64,000 nucleotides of DNA from NCBI GenBank assembly GCA_963796965.1, contig CAWCNS010000005.1:1152001-1216000 (forward strand). Direction: 5' to 3'. This document shows positions 10,017-20,106 of this stretch, piece by piece. The DNA comes from Calditrichia bacterium. GTDB taxonomy: Bacteria > Calditrichota > Calditrichia > JAJRVZ01. Position 1 is the first letter of the stretch. Every line of letters begins with the position of its first letter. A model generated the notes under the pieces. The model was given only the letters and a program-made list of their open reading frames with translations, was not told the origin of the DNA and did not search any database. A program made the position numbers and the translations under genes.

Positions 10017-11150
10017 TTGAATTCTCGAACTGTAATGATGCAGGGAAATATTGCTGTAGCCGAAGGGGCTATAGATGCAGGATGCCGTTTTTATGCTGGA
10101 TATCCGATCACACCATCTTCAGAAGTAGCCGAGCACCTGAGTAAGAGATTACCAGAACTCGGTGGAAGATTTATTCAGATGGAAGATGAAATTGCAGCCA
10201 TGGGCGCCGTAATAGGAGCTTCTCTCGCGGGTGCTAAATCCTTAACGGCCACAAGTGGTCCTGGATTTTCACTTAAACAAGAGAATATTGGATATGCGGC
10301 CATCACAGAAGTACCTGTTGTTATTGTAAATGTAATGCGGGGTGGTCCGAGCACAGGTTTACCGACACTTCCTGCCCAGGGCGATGTGATGCAGGCGCGC
10401 TGGGGAACCCATGGGGATCATCCTATTATAGTGCTTGTGCCAGCAAGTGTGAGGGAAAGTTATGACATGACGATTCAGGCATTTAACATGTCTGAAAAAT
10501 ACCGTATACCAGTCATTGTATTACTAGATGAAATTATCGGTCATGTTCATGAGAAGGTAACACTTCCGGACCCACTCGAGTTAGAAATTATAAATCGTAA
10601 AAAACCCGATATGCCTCCTGAAGAGTATTTGCCTTATATCAATGATGAATCGATGATACCCCCCATGGCGAGTTTTGGAGATGGATATCGCTATCATGTG
10701 ACGGGTCTTGTTCATGATGAGACAGGATTTCCAACCAACGATACAAATAAAATTGAGGCGATGCTGACCCGACTCAATAGTAAAATAGATAAGTACCTGG
10801 ATGAAATTATTCAGTATGAAGAAACCGATACAGATGACGCAAAAATCGGTATTGTTACCTATGGCTCAAGTGCCAGATCTTCACGTCATGCCCAGCGTAT
10901 TGCCCGTGAGCAAGGTATTCCGGTGGGTATGCTTCGCATCCAGACACTTTGGCCTTTTCCGACAGAAGCCATATTTCAATTGAGTAAAAATGTCTCCCAC
11001 ATTATTGTACCAGAACTCAACCTGGGACAAATTGCCCATGAGGTTGAACATGCTGTACAAGGGAATACCGAAGTCCTGCGGGTAAATAAAATTACCGGCG
11101 AACCGATCAACCCTGAGGAAATTGTACAAAAAATCAAGGAGTGTATCTAA
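10017..11150 (+). CDS. korA: 2-oxoglutarate/2-oxoacid:ferredoxin oxidoreductase alpha subunit (operon 2)
   Basis: YAGYPITPSSE, QMEDEIAA, ATSGPGFSL, RGGPSTGLPT; TTG start after AAGGAG. Confidence 0.92.
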   Translation: MNSRTVMMQGNIAVAEGAIDAGCRFYAGYPITPSSEVAEHLSKRLPELGGRFIQMEDEIAAMGAVIGASLAGAKSLTATSGPGFSLKQENIGYAAITEVPVVIVNVMRGGPSTGLPTLPAQGDVMQARWGTHGDHPIIVLVPASVRESYDMTIQAFNMSEKYRIPVIVLLDEIIGHVHEKVTLPDPLELEIINRKKPDMPPEEYLPYINDESMIPPMASFGDGYRYHVTGLVHDETGFPTNDTNKIEAMLTRLNSKIDKYLDEIIQYEETDTDDAKIGIVTYGSSARSSRHAQRIAREQGIPVGMLRIQTLWPFPTEAIFQLSKNVSHIIVPELNLGQIAHEVEHAVQGNTEVLRVNKITGEPINPEEIVQKIKECI

Positions 11151-11153
11151 CTT

Positions 11154-11963
11154 ATGGATTATATATCCTATTTGAGAAAAGATAAATTGCCCCATATCTG
11201 GTGTGAAGGTTGTGGTGATGGTATCGCCTTAAAGGCCATATTAAGGGCAATTCAAAATATTGGACTGGAGAAAGACAACATCGCCATGGTATCCGGCATC
11301 GGATGTTCAAGCCGGACACCCGGATATGTGGATTTCAATACCTTACATACAACACATGGAAGGGCGATTACATTTGCATCTGGTATAAAGTTAGCCAAAC
11401 CAGAATTAACTGTAATCGTGGTCACCGGTGACGGAGACGCAACGGCCATTGGTGGTAACCACCTTATTCATGCCGCACGCAGAAATATAAATCTAACCGT
11501 TCTGCTGTATAACAATCATATATATGGTATGACCGGAGGACAGGTATCGCCAACGACACCTATGGGAGATTTCGCAACAACAGCACCATACGGGGGAATG
11601 GAAAACAATTTTGACATTGCTGGTCTTACAATAGCAGCAGGTGCCTCCTATGTGGCAAGGTCAACGGTCTATCATGCAAAAGCCTTGGAAAGAATGATTG
11701 AAGGGGCAATCAGAAAAAAGGGATTTTCACTCGTCGAAATCATGGCTCCCTGTCCGACTGCCTATGGTAAAATTAATAAAAAAGGTCTGCCAAAGGATCT
11801 GGTTCTTGATCAAAAATCACAAGCCGTTAATATAGAAAAGTCAAAATCAATGTCTCCTGAAGATCTCAGGGGAAGAATAGTAACCGGTGTGCTTGCCGAC
11901 AGAGAAATTCCGGAATATATCAGCACATACGATAAAATTATGTCATCAGCTCAAAGAAGATAA
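11154..11963 (+). CDS. korB: 2-oxoacid:ferredoxin oxidoreductase beta subunit (operon 2)
   Basis: PHIWCEGCG, SGIGCSSR, GDGDATAIGGNH, NNHIYGMTGGQ. Confidence 0.93.
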   Translation: MDYISYLRKDKLPHIWCEGCGDGIALKAILRAIQNIGLEKDNIAMVSGIGCSSRTPGYVDFNTLHTTHGRAITFASGIKLAKPELTVIVVTGDGDATAIGGNHLIHAARRNINLTVLLYNNHIYGMTGGQVSPTTPMGDFATTAPYGGMENNFDIAGLTIAAGASYVARSTVYHAKALERMIEGAIRKKGFSLVEIMAPCPTAYGKINKKGLPKDLVLDQKSQAVNIEKSKSMSPEDLRGRIVTGVLADREIPEYISTYDKIMSSAQRR

Positions 11964-11976
11964 AAGGAATAAATTA

Positions 11977-12534
11977 ATGAGCTTACGCTATGAAATTCGC
12001 CTTAGTGGTGCCGGTGGGCAGGGATTGATTTTAATTGGAAAAATTCTTGCCGAAGCTGCCGCAATCTATGATGAAAAAAATGCCACTCAAAGTCAATCTT
12101 ACGGACCTGAAGCCAGGGGAGGTGCCAGCCGTTCTGAGGTTATTATTAGTGACGGAGATATCGATTACCCCAAGGCCACAAATATTGATCTGCTCTTAGC
12201 CATGACCCAGGAAGCTGTTGACAAATACTCCGATGAAGTAAAAAAAGGCGGGATTATTATTACGGACTCGAGCTATGTCAGAAATGAGCCAGAAGGTAAT
12301 TTTAAAGTTTATTCTTTTCCCATTACCCAGATTGCTGAAGAAAAAATTGGCCGCAAAATTGTGGCAAACATTATTGCCCTTGGCGCTATCGAACAATTAT
12401 CTAAGGTCGTCTCTCCGGAGGCCATCATTCATGCCATACGCGCCCGCGTTCCTAAAGGAACTGAAGAGACAAATATATCGGCGTTCAGATACGGTCAGGA
12501 TCTTATTAAAAAAGAATCTGAGGTAGCACAGTAG
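11977..12534 (+). CDS. korC: 2-oxoacid:ferredoxin oxidoreductase gamma subunit (operon 2)
   Basis: EIRLSGAGGQG, QSYGPEARGGASRSEV. Confidence 0.92.
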   Translation: MSLRYEIRLSGAGGQGLILIGKILAEAAAIYDEKNATQSQSYGPEARGGASRSEVIISDGDIDYPKATNIDLLLAMTQEAVDKYSDEVKKGGIIITDSSYVRNEPEGNFKVYSFPITQIAEEKIGRKIVANIIALGAIEQLSKVVSPEAIIHAIRARVPKGTEETNISAFRYGQDLIKKESEVAQ

Positions 12535-12840
12535 ACTGATCTCTACGCATTAAAAATTACAGTTCAGTGCGACCTCGTGTAGAAATTTTATATTGATCCC
12601 CTTTATTTCACTATCAGTTTAGTTAATTCTATGCTACATATACGCATCGAAAAAGGTGGATTATTATTTAGCATGGAACAACCCTGTTCTACACATTAAT
12701 TTATTCACGAAAAAACAAGCAGAAATCGAGGATAAAAGTAATATTAATGGTGAATCGTGAATTGCTTTTTTCTTTTTTCTATTTTCTTAAAATCTTTTGC
12801 TTCTCTGCGACAGATAAATTTAACAACAAACAGCTAAAAT

Positions 12841-15804
12841 ATGGATCCCTTCGAATCACTCGAAAAACGCGTATCAATCCTCGGTAATCATCACCAGAAA
12901 TATATACATACCATATATCGGTTTAAGGACTCACTGATTCACACTCTTGAATCATCTGGCAATTTAATGCAGGTTCATTTATGGCGTTCAAGTTTCTCTC
13001 CTTCAGAAGAAATGGCCATCATTGCCAGCCTTTCTGATGATCCCCGGACAAAAATTCAACATATCAGTTGTTATTATGCTCTACAATTTCTACATATGAA
13101 TTTCCGTAACCTGGATATTCTGGAATTAGGAATTGCCTCCGGACTACCATTACCCGAAGATTACCATAATTTTATGATACAAGTTGGCCGGGATTTTCGT
13201 GAGCTTACCCGCCTTTATCTTTCAAATCTTGTGGACATTTATCTTCCGCCAGAATCACGCCCAAAATTTTGTATTTGCAGTGTCGGTACGCGGGCAGATC
13301 AAGATGATCTGGATATTGGTGTCATTGCCGAGGAAAATTCCGATATCAAACTTCTTGACAATGCCTTTAGAAGAATTGCCCAGGATATGCTCGTCTTTGC
13401 CACCCCACTTCACATGTATCTTTCTGAAAACATCAGTAAACAATACTACACGACGACAATTTCCCAATACAAGCATTTATTAACAAAACAGATTCAGGAT
13501 ATTGTCATCCTGTCTGAATTGTTAAACGCCAAACTTATCTTAGGGGATAGAAAATTATTCAGGAGATTCCAAAAAGAGGTAATTTTTAAATACTTCTACC
13601 ACAGACGTCGTGATATTCGCTATCATGAGGGATATTTGCGTGGTATCCTGGGTGAAGCACGCGCTTTACTCATCAAACCGTTGAATACTGAAGCCATCTC
13701 CCCAAAAGATGATGCCCTTCGCATTCTTAAATCAATAATTCATGCTAAAAAATCTATTTTTAGAATTGAAGAAGTAAATGCCTGGGATATTATTGATAAG
13801 TTAAGAGAAATTGAACCAAACTATGTTTCTCACTATGAATTGCTCTTCAAAGCCGCGTCTTTTCTGGAAACATTTAAATTTCTGCTTCAATTATTCGTAG
13901 TCCAGGAAGATACTTTTAGATTGGATGAAATAGATTCCGGACAGCTTCTCTTATTTCAGATAGGATGGGTTATGAAGCGGTAGGTACCGTTCAGGCCTGG
14001 GATCAATTGATTATAGACTATTATCGATATGTCCGCGAGGTGAGAAAGGTTTCTGATCAAATCATAGATAGTATCTCCGATCACCTGCGAAAGGTATCTC
14101 TCTTTGTGAAGCTGCTTACAAAGAGTCGGTGGGATTCTAAAGGACAATATAAGGGTTCTATGCCGAAAGATTTTATTCATGTGGCACGTTTTTTTGAAGG
14201 GACAAAATATTGGGATGATCTTTTACATCTACTGAAAGACGAAAAAAGAATTTTAGATGCATTTATAAAAGGCTTTGGAGATCTTGACGAAGCACAACGG
14301 GCTAAAGTTATCAGACGATACATTGAATGGGCAAACTTCTCACCACTCACTATCATTCGTCTTATTACCATTCTTTTTAAAAAACAACAGACAATGATTG
14401 GTGTTAGAATTGCCGATGAAATGAATTTGGCTTTTTTGCAACATTTTAGCGATTTGCCCCTTATTACGGAAAGGTTTGTTCTCATCTACAGTTACTATCC
14501 CCAGTATGTGCATGATTATCTGCAGTATTTCCCTGAAACTCATTTTAACTTACTTGATGTTATCCTCTCCAAAGCTGTCCATGATGAAAAAATCCGGGAA
14601 TTTCAGGACCAGCTCAAAGAAGCTGTGTAAAATACACAAATGGTCAAGTCAATACTTTCACCGATTCTTCTATCGCGTCATCTTTAATCACCCTGAATAT
14701 CTTAAATCATTGACGAATCGTGGACAACTGTTTAAAATATCTACCGGCTTACTCGCTATGGTGGACCGTTACCCGGATACAATCCAGAAGAAGAAATTTC
14801 TTGCAGATTATTATGATCTGGATTTTCTGCGTGTTGGAATCGGTACCATGCATGGTGTGGATTTAAATGAAACCAACCATGAATTCACAGAATTTTGTGA
14901 TAATTACATGAAAAAACTCTTTGATATTTGTGCAGAAGAAGTTGAGAGGGAAAGTAAAACAATTGCACCAAGCACTGATACATTAGCGATCCTTGCTGCC
15001 GGGGGTCACGGCCGTGGAAAAGCGTACGATGATGATTATGATCTTATTGCCGTGGTTGACACTGATGATGAGGAAGTAATCCGATATGCAACCCGAATTG
15101 TCTCGAAGATGAACAGAGAGATACTCAAACGTGGCGTATTGCCACATTACCGTCTGGGGGAGATTTTGGAGGGCTTTGTCTCACCCATCTCCAGGATATG
15201 TACCTATCTCGAATCTTATGAAGATGAAGCCTTTATTGATTTATCCCAATTATTGGGGGCCCGAATAATAATTGGTAGTGATGTGATGCGCTCCGTCATA
15301 TATCAAAAAATTTTAAATCGCTTTATTTTCAGTGATAAAACGCGTTATATAAAACGAATGATTAACGAGATTCGAAACCGTCAACAAACGATTGACACCT
15401 GTAGTAAGAATACCTGTAATATTAAAGAAACAACAGGTGGGCTGCGGGATATTGAGGCTATTGCTCTTATTCTTAAGGCCTATCTTGGGATTATGGACCC
15501 GATATTAAAAGACTTTTTCAAAGAGATTAAAATCTATTTGCCAGATCTCTCGAAGGAAATAGATTCACTAAACCACTCCATCTACGTTTTACGAACTTTC
15601 AGGGATCTATATCGCATTACGGTTGCAGCAGAGGACACCTTCAATTCTGATTATTTCTCCAGACTGGCCATTATTTTCAAGCAATATAATCACCCGGAAT
15701 GGGGAGATACGGATTCCATCCGCAAAGAAATCCAGAGGACACTTCAAAAGTCCACAAAAGCATGTAATTCAGTTATTGAATATTTGAATGAGAGAATAAA
15801 TTAG
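12841..15804 (+). CDS. Large protein with two pol-beta-type nucleotidyltransferase domains (GlnE/GlnD-like); two frameshifts (~13960, ~14620)
   Basis: SVGTRADQDDLDIGVI, AAGGHGRGKAYDDDYDLIAV and NIKETTGGLRDIEAI, compared with GlnD/GlnE GGxGRxE..SDxDL and KxxxGGLRDIE. Confidence 0.7.
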
Positions 15805-15810
15805 ACTTAT

Positions 15811-15891
15811 AATCTTATCCAGAAAAGTCATTCAGAATTTATTTCAGATTTTTGCCAAATATAATCGAATTTTATCATTCTGGATAAGATT
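15811..15891. repeat. Perfect 14-bp inverted repeat AATCTTATCCAGAA with a 53-bp spacer, between convergent genes
   Basis: Read directly. Confidence 0.75.
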
Positions 15892-15923
15892 CGGTATTGG
15901 GAATTAGTAACTCGGAAATTGCT

Positions 15924-17675
15924 TTATCGGAAATTGCTTTTAAGGAGTTGCAGCCCCTTGTCAGAATTTTCTCCAAGATCTATTGTCATCACTCCCCTAC
16001 CAGCATCAAGAAGGGCCTGCCGATCCCCCAGGCATTGTGCCCTTTTTAGTACGCGAAAGCTTATATTTGATTCTTCGGAGAGGGGATTGGCAGGTATAGA
16101 ACAATCTTCCCCCTCTTCTGCTATCAACTGGATATACAGCCCATTTCCCCCATCCCCTTTATGAAGCTGGCCGGTGGAATGAAGAAATCTCGGTCCATAT
16201 CCAACAGTTGTGGCCACATTAAATCGCTTCCGCAAAGAGATCCTCAAATCCTGCAAGAATGATGTTGTATCCTCAGCGGGTTTCATATAAGCCTGAATCG
16301 ACACATAAGGTAAGTTTTCTTCAAATTCAGACAATTTTAATAAGGGTGAAAAAAATGACTTGAGCAGATCATTCAGATTATCTGATTTTTGTTCGGACAT
16401 AATTTTCAAACTATTGCTTTTAAATGTTACCGGGGGTTCTTTTAATTCCCCATCGTTCTTATAATCGTCCATCATTTGCCTGGCCCGGACTTTTGCTGAT
16501 TCAACGTCAGGTTGATCAAAGGGATTAATCCCCATAGTTGCAGCTGCCAGGGCTGTCGCTATTTCCCATCTAAAAAAATCTCCGCCAAGAGAATAGAGAT
16601 CTTCCATAATTAGATAGACCACTGGAAAACCTGCCTTTTCAAGCCCCTTCACCTTGCTATCCATCTCACTATTCTCGCCCTTAAGCTTCAAATAAACAAA
16701 AACCCGGTCCTTAAGGTATTCGTCGGGTGGTCCAATCTCTTCCAAATCGACAGGTAAAATTCCCTGACCATTTTTACCGCTGCTTTCTGCAATTAATTGC
16801 TCAATCCAGGCCCCCATATATTTAAGGGAAGGCGAAGAAAATAAGGTAAGTTTATCTACCCCTATCTTTGCTAATCCACCTAAAATTCCACCTAACCAGG
16901 CAGCACTATTTTGCCCTGCTTCCGGAAGAGTCGATTCATGACATTTCAGTACCATTTCCCTGCTATTTTTTATCAGACGGTCAATATCTATTCCCATGAG
17001 AGCTGCAGGTAGAAGTCCAAAATAGGAAAGTGCAGAATACCGCCCTCCGATATTAGGATCATTTAAAAAGATCCTTCTAAACTTCAATTCTTTGGCCATT
17101 GATTCTAATCCACTATCCGGATCAGTTATAGCAATAAAATGATCTCCTACTTTTTCCATGCCTAAATTGCGAGAACAAGCATTATAAAAATATTTCAGGA
17201 AAGAGATCGTCTCAATGGTACCTCCGGATTTTGTGGAGACTATAAAAAGAGTTTCGTCAAATTTTAGATTTTTGGCTGCTTCGAGAACAGCTGCCGGATC
17301 CGTACTATCGAGCACGAACAAATCCACGAATCCGGCTGTTACACCAAAGGTATATTTGAACACCTCCGGAGCCAGACTCGAACCACCCATTCCCAATAAT
17401 AAGGCTTTCGTAAAGCCGGCGTCTTTAATATCCTTGGCAAAATCTGAAAGATCTTTAATCTCATCTGATCCGATTCCCGGACTGTCTAGCCAGCCCAGGC
17501 GATTGCTGATTTCATCGGGCTTCTCATCCCAGATAGTGTGATCTTTTTGCCACAAACGATCTATGGTTGATTTCTGATCCAGTTTCAAAACCTCTTCTAC
17601 TATTTGCATCGTATAAGATCCAAGATTGGCATAAAAATCATCGATCTTACTGAATATTTGTTTTCCATCCGTCAT
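15924..17675 (-). CDS. pgi: Glucose-6-phosphate isomerase (type found in Tal-Pgi fusions)
   Basis: GMGGSSL, STKSGGTIET, IGGRYSALS, EQLIAESSGK, NPFDQPDVESAK, GPRFLHSTGQLHKG. Confidence 0.9.
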   Translation of the reverse strand: MTDGKQIFSKIDDFYANLGSYTMQIVEEVLKLDQKSTIDRLWQKDHTIWDEKPDEISNRLGWLDSPGIGSDEIKDLSDFAKDIKDAGFTKALLLGMGGSSLAPEVFKYTFGVTAGFVDLFVLDSTDPAAVLEAAKNLKFDETLFIVSTKSGGTIETISFLKYFYNACSRNLGMEKVGDHFIAITDPDSGLESMAKELKFRRIFLNDPNIGGRYSALSYFGLLPAALMGIDIDRLIKNSREMVLKCHESTLPEAGQNSAAWLGGILGGLAKIGVDKLTLFSSPSLKYMGAWIEQLIAESSGKNGQGILPVDLEEIGPPDEYLKDRVFVYLKLKGENSEMDSKVKGLEKAGFPVVYLIMEDLYSLGGDFFRWEIATALAAATMGINPFDQPDVESAKVRARQMMDDYKNDGELKEPPVTFKSNSLKIMSEQKSDNLNDLLKSFFSPLLKLSEFEENLPYVSIQAYMKPAEDTTSFLQDLRISLRKRFNVATTVGYGPRFLHSTGQLHKGDGGNGLYIQLIAEEGEDCSIPANPLSEESNISFRVLKRAQCLGDRQALLDAGRGVMTIDLGENSDKGLQLLKSNFR

Positions 17676-18065
17676 TTGATTCTCCATAGTTTCAAAGCAA
17701 ATCACAGCCACAAAGAGCATGGCAAAAAAAGTATTGGTCAGTACATTTATAGTTTTGGTGATTTGGAAAAAATTATGCTCTAAAGAACACATTTAAACAT
17801 ATGTGGAAATAAATAATTCTCAAGGGATGAACACAAGAATTGGTTTGGAATTCATTATCGAATCATTTATTTTTGTGCATTCTTTTATTTCGAGCATATC
17901 TATTTTAAATTAGATCACCGATAAGATAAGTTATACCTAGCATTTATCATATCAGGTGTGTGATTCTTTTATCTATAAAATTTATTCTCTGCCCTCCGTC
18001 AATTGATCAGGAGACTCAGGATAGTATTTTATTAACGATTAATCTTCTATTCGAAAGGTATTAGG

Positions 18066-18260
18066 ATGGAACAGAACAAAAGATGGATCACAGATGATCT
18101 GGAACGTAAAGCTTTTGAGGAGATCATTCGCCAGACGTTTAACCATTACAAGGACAACCTCATGTGTTCTCAGGATACGATGGATCAAATCGTTACTGAT
18201 GTAACCAAAGAAATCAGAATGCAATTACAAGGTATATCAAGAAATTATTTAACAAAATAA
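18066..18260 (+). CDS. Small hypothetical protein
   Basis: 64-aa ORF with a helical, protein-like composition in an intergenic gap. Confidence 0.4.
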   Translation: MEQNKRWITDDLERKAFEEIIRQTFNHYKDNLMCSQDTMDQIVTDVTKEIRMQLQGISRNYLTK

Positions 18261-18279
18261 CCTTCTATTTACAATAGAC

Positions 18280-19744
18280 TTAGCGCCCTTTATCAATGGT
18301 TTTTATCAAAGTATTTGCCAGTATTTGATCATCTAAGTTCATCCCATTTAGAAGTGCGACCTTGTCCATATCCTCATCTGACACACCATATTTCTTTAAT
18401 ATTTGTTTTAAACTTCCCTTTCCGCTCACTTTTTGAATTTTTAATCGATCAGGTTTAACATTTAATATTTTTCGATCTGTTAGCTCTTTAAAACCACTCC
18501 CAGTTGTTGTAAAGGTTGATTGAAAACTATCAAACAAAGAGCTATTTTGTGAAACCATGGAAGACAAAAACCTGGTTTTTTCTCTCAATGAAATGCGATT
18601 GTATTCTTAAAATATTCTTACCATCGGCAATTTGCGAATAAACCTGGACAGCTTTAAAGCCATTAACATTAACATTCTTTCTCTGGGCTACTTTTGCCTG
18701 TGTTTCCTTTACATAATTATCCGCTGCTGATGCTGCCGTGGTGGTAGCTGCAAGTGTGAAAATAATAATCGCCTTCTCATCAGAAGAGACCATTTGTACC
18801 TGCGATGGTAGATTATTTACATTCCAACCAGAAGGTACGGGAAATCGAAATTTCATATCAGGATGATAAAAAATACCATTTTCCACAAATCCTTCACGGG
18901 GATTTTCACCAACTATCAGACCACTAACCTTTTTCAAATATGCGTCACGATTGACGGTTAATCCGCTTAGTTTTTTTTCTTTTTGTACTTTCTCAGCTTC
19001 TTTTCGTACATCAACAACCCTGTCAGCCGGATTTGGATGAGTGGAGAACCAATCAGGGACACTACCTTGTTCGCTCTGTCCCTGCATCTTGTCTAATGTA
19101 TAGAAAAAATTTGACATTTCCCGTGCATCATAACCCACTTTGGTGGAATAAGCCACCCCTAGCTCATCCGATTGTCTTTCATCATCCCGGCTGAATTTTA
19201 AAAATAATAGCCCTATCCCTTGCGCAGCTAAACCGGAGAACATCGCAAAGTCCTCTGATATCATAGAACCCACACCGAGCCCCATTTGTGCCAGACTAAT
19301 TTCAGAATACTTTTGTGCCGAATGCCGGGCGGTGACATGTCCAATTTCATGCCCGATAACGCCGGCTAATTCTGCTTCATTATTAAGATAGGCTAGTATG
19401 CCGCGGGTTAGATATATATATCCTCCCGGTACGGCAAAGGCATTGATAACAGGACTATTCATGACTTTAAATTCATATTTCAGATTTGGGCGGTGTGAAA
19501 TCTTAGCCATCTTCTGGCCAATTCCATCAACATAATCCAAGATGGCCTGATCTTCATAAAGACCATACATTTGTACAACGTCCTTGTCAGCGGCTGCCCC
19601 CATTTTGATCTCATCATTTTCGGAAAGTAACATAAATTCATTCTTGCCTGTAACCGGATTCCGTGCGCAGGAAGAAAGATTTATAACCAAGACAACCAAA
19701 CTAAAGAGTATAACAAAACTGGTAAATTTTTTAGTTACTATCAT
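18280..19744 (-). CDS. M48 family zinc metalloprotease lipoprotein with a C-terminal LysM-like tail; frameshift ~18560
   Basis: Lipobox LSSC, NAFAVPGG, HEIGH, FSRDDERQSD, STHP; the C-terminal ..VALLNGM.. is LysM-like. Confidence 0.88.
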
Positions 19745-20106
19745 TGCTTTTATCCTTAATTAAATATTCATTTAAATTAAAAATGTGAACACCCTATATA
19801 GGCTAACAGCAGACGTTATGTGCAATCATCTTTAAAATTAATAAAAACAAGAGATTTTCAGGTCATTTTATTCCCTGGAAAGTTAAAAAAGGTCTGAGAT
19901 TTTAAAGAAATTAGAATTTAACAAAAAAGCAAGTGAATTTCCGTATTATAATATGAGAAAATCAAAATATTTAGATAAAATCAAATAGAATATAAGGAAT
20001 CATTAATACACTTTATAATGAGAGTTAGTAACAAACGAGGTGCATCTCCTGGCAAATTATTATGATCAATATTTCTATTTATCTCCCTATTCTTTAAATT
20101 GATGAC

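Noticed and set aside
17676..17792. Transaldolase fusion or N-terminal extension on pgi
   Set aside because: No transaldolase domain is present, and a GGAG RBS supports the ATG at 17675.
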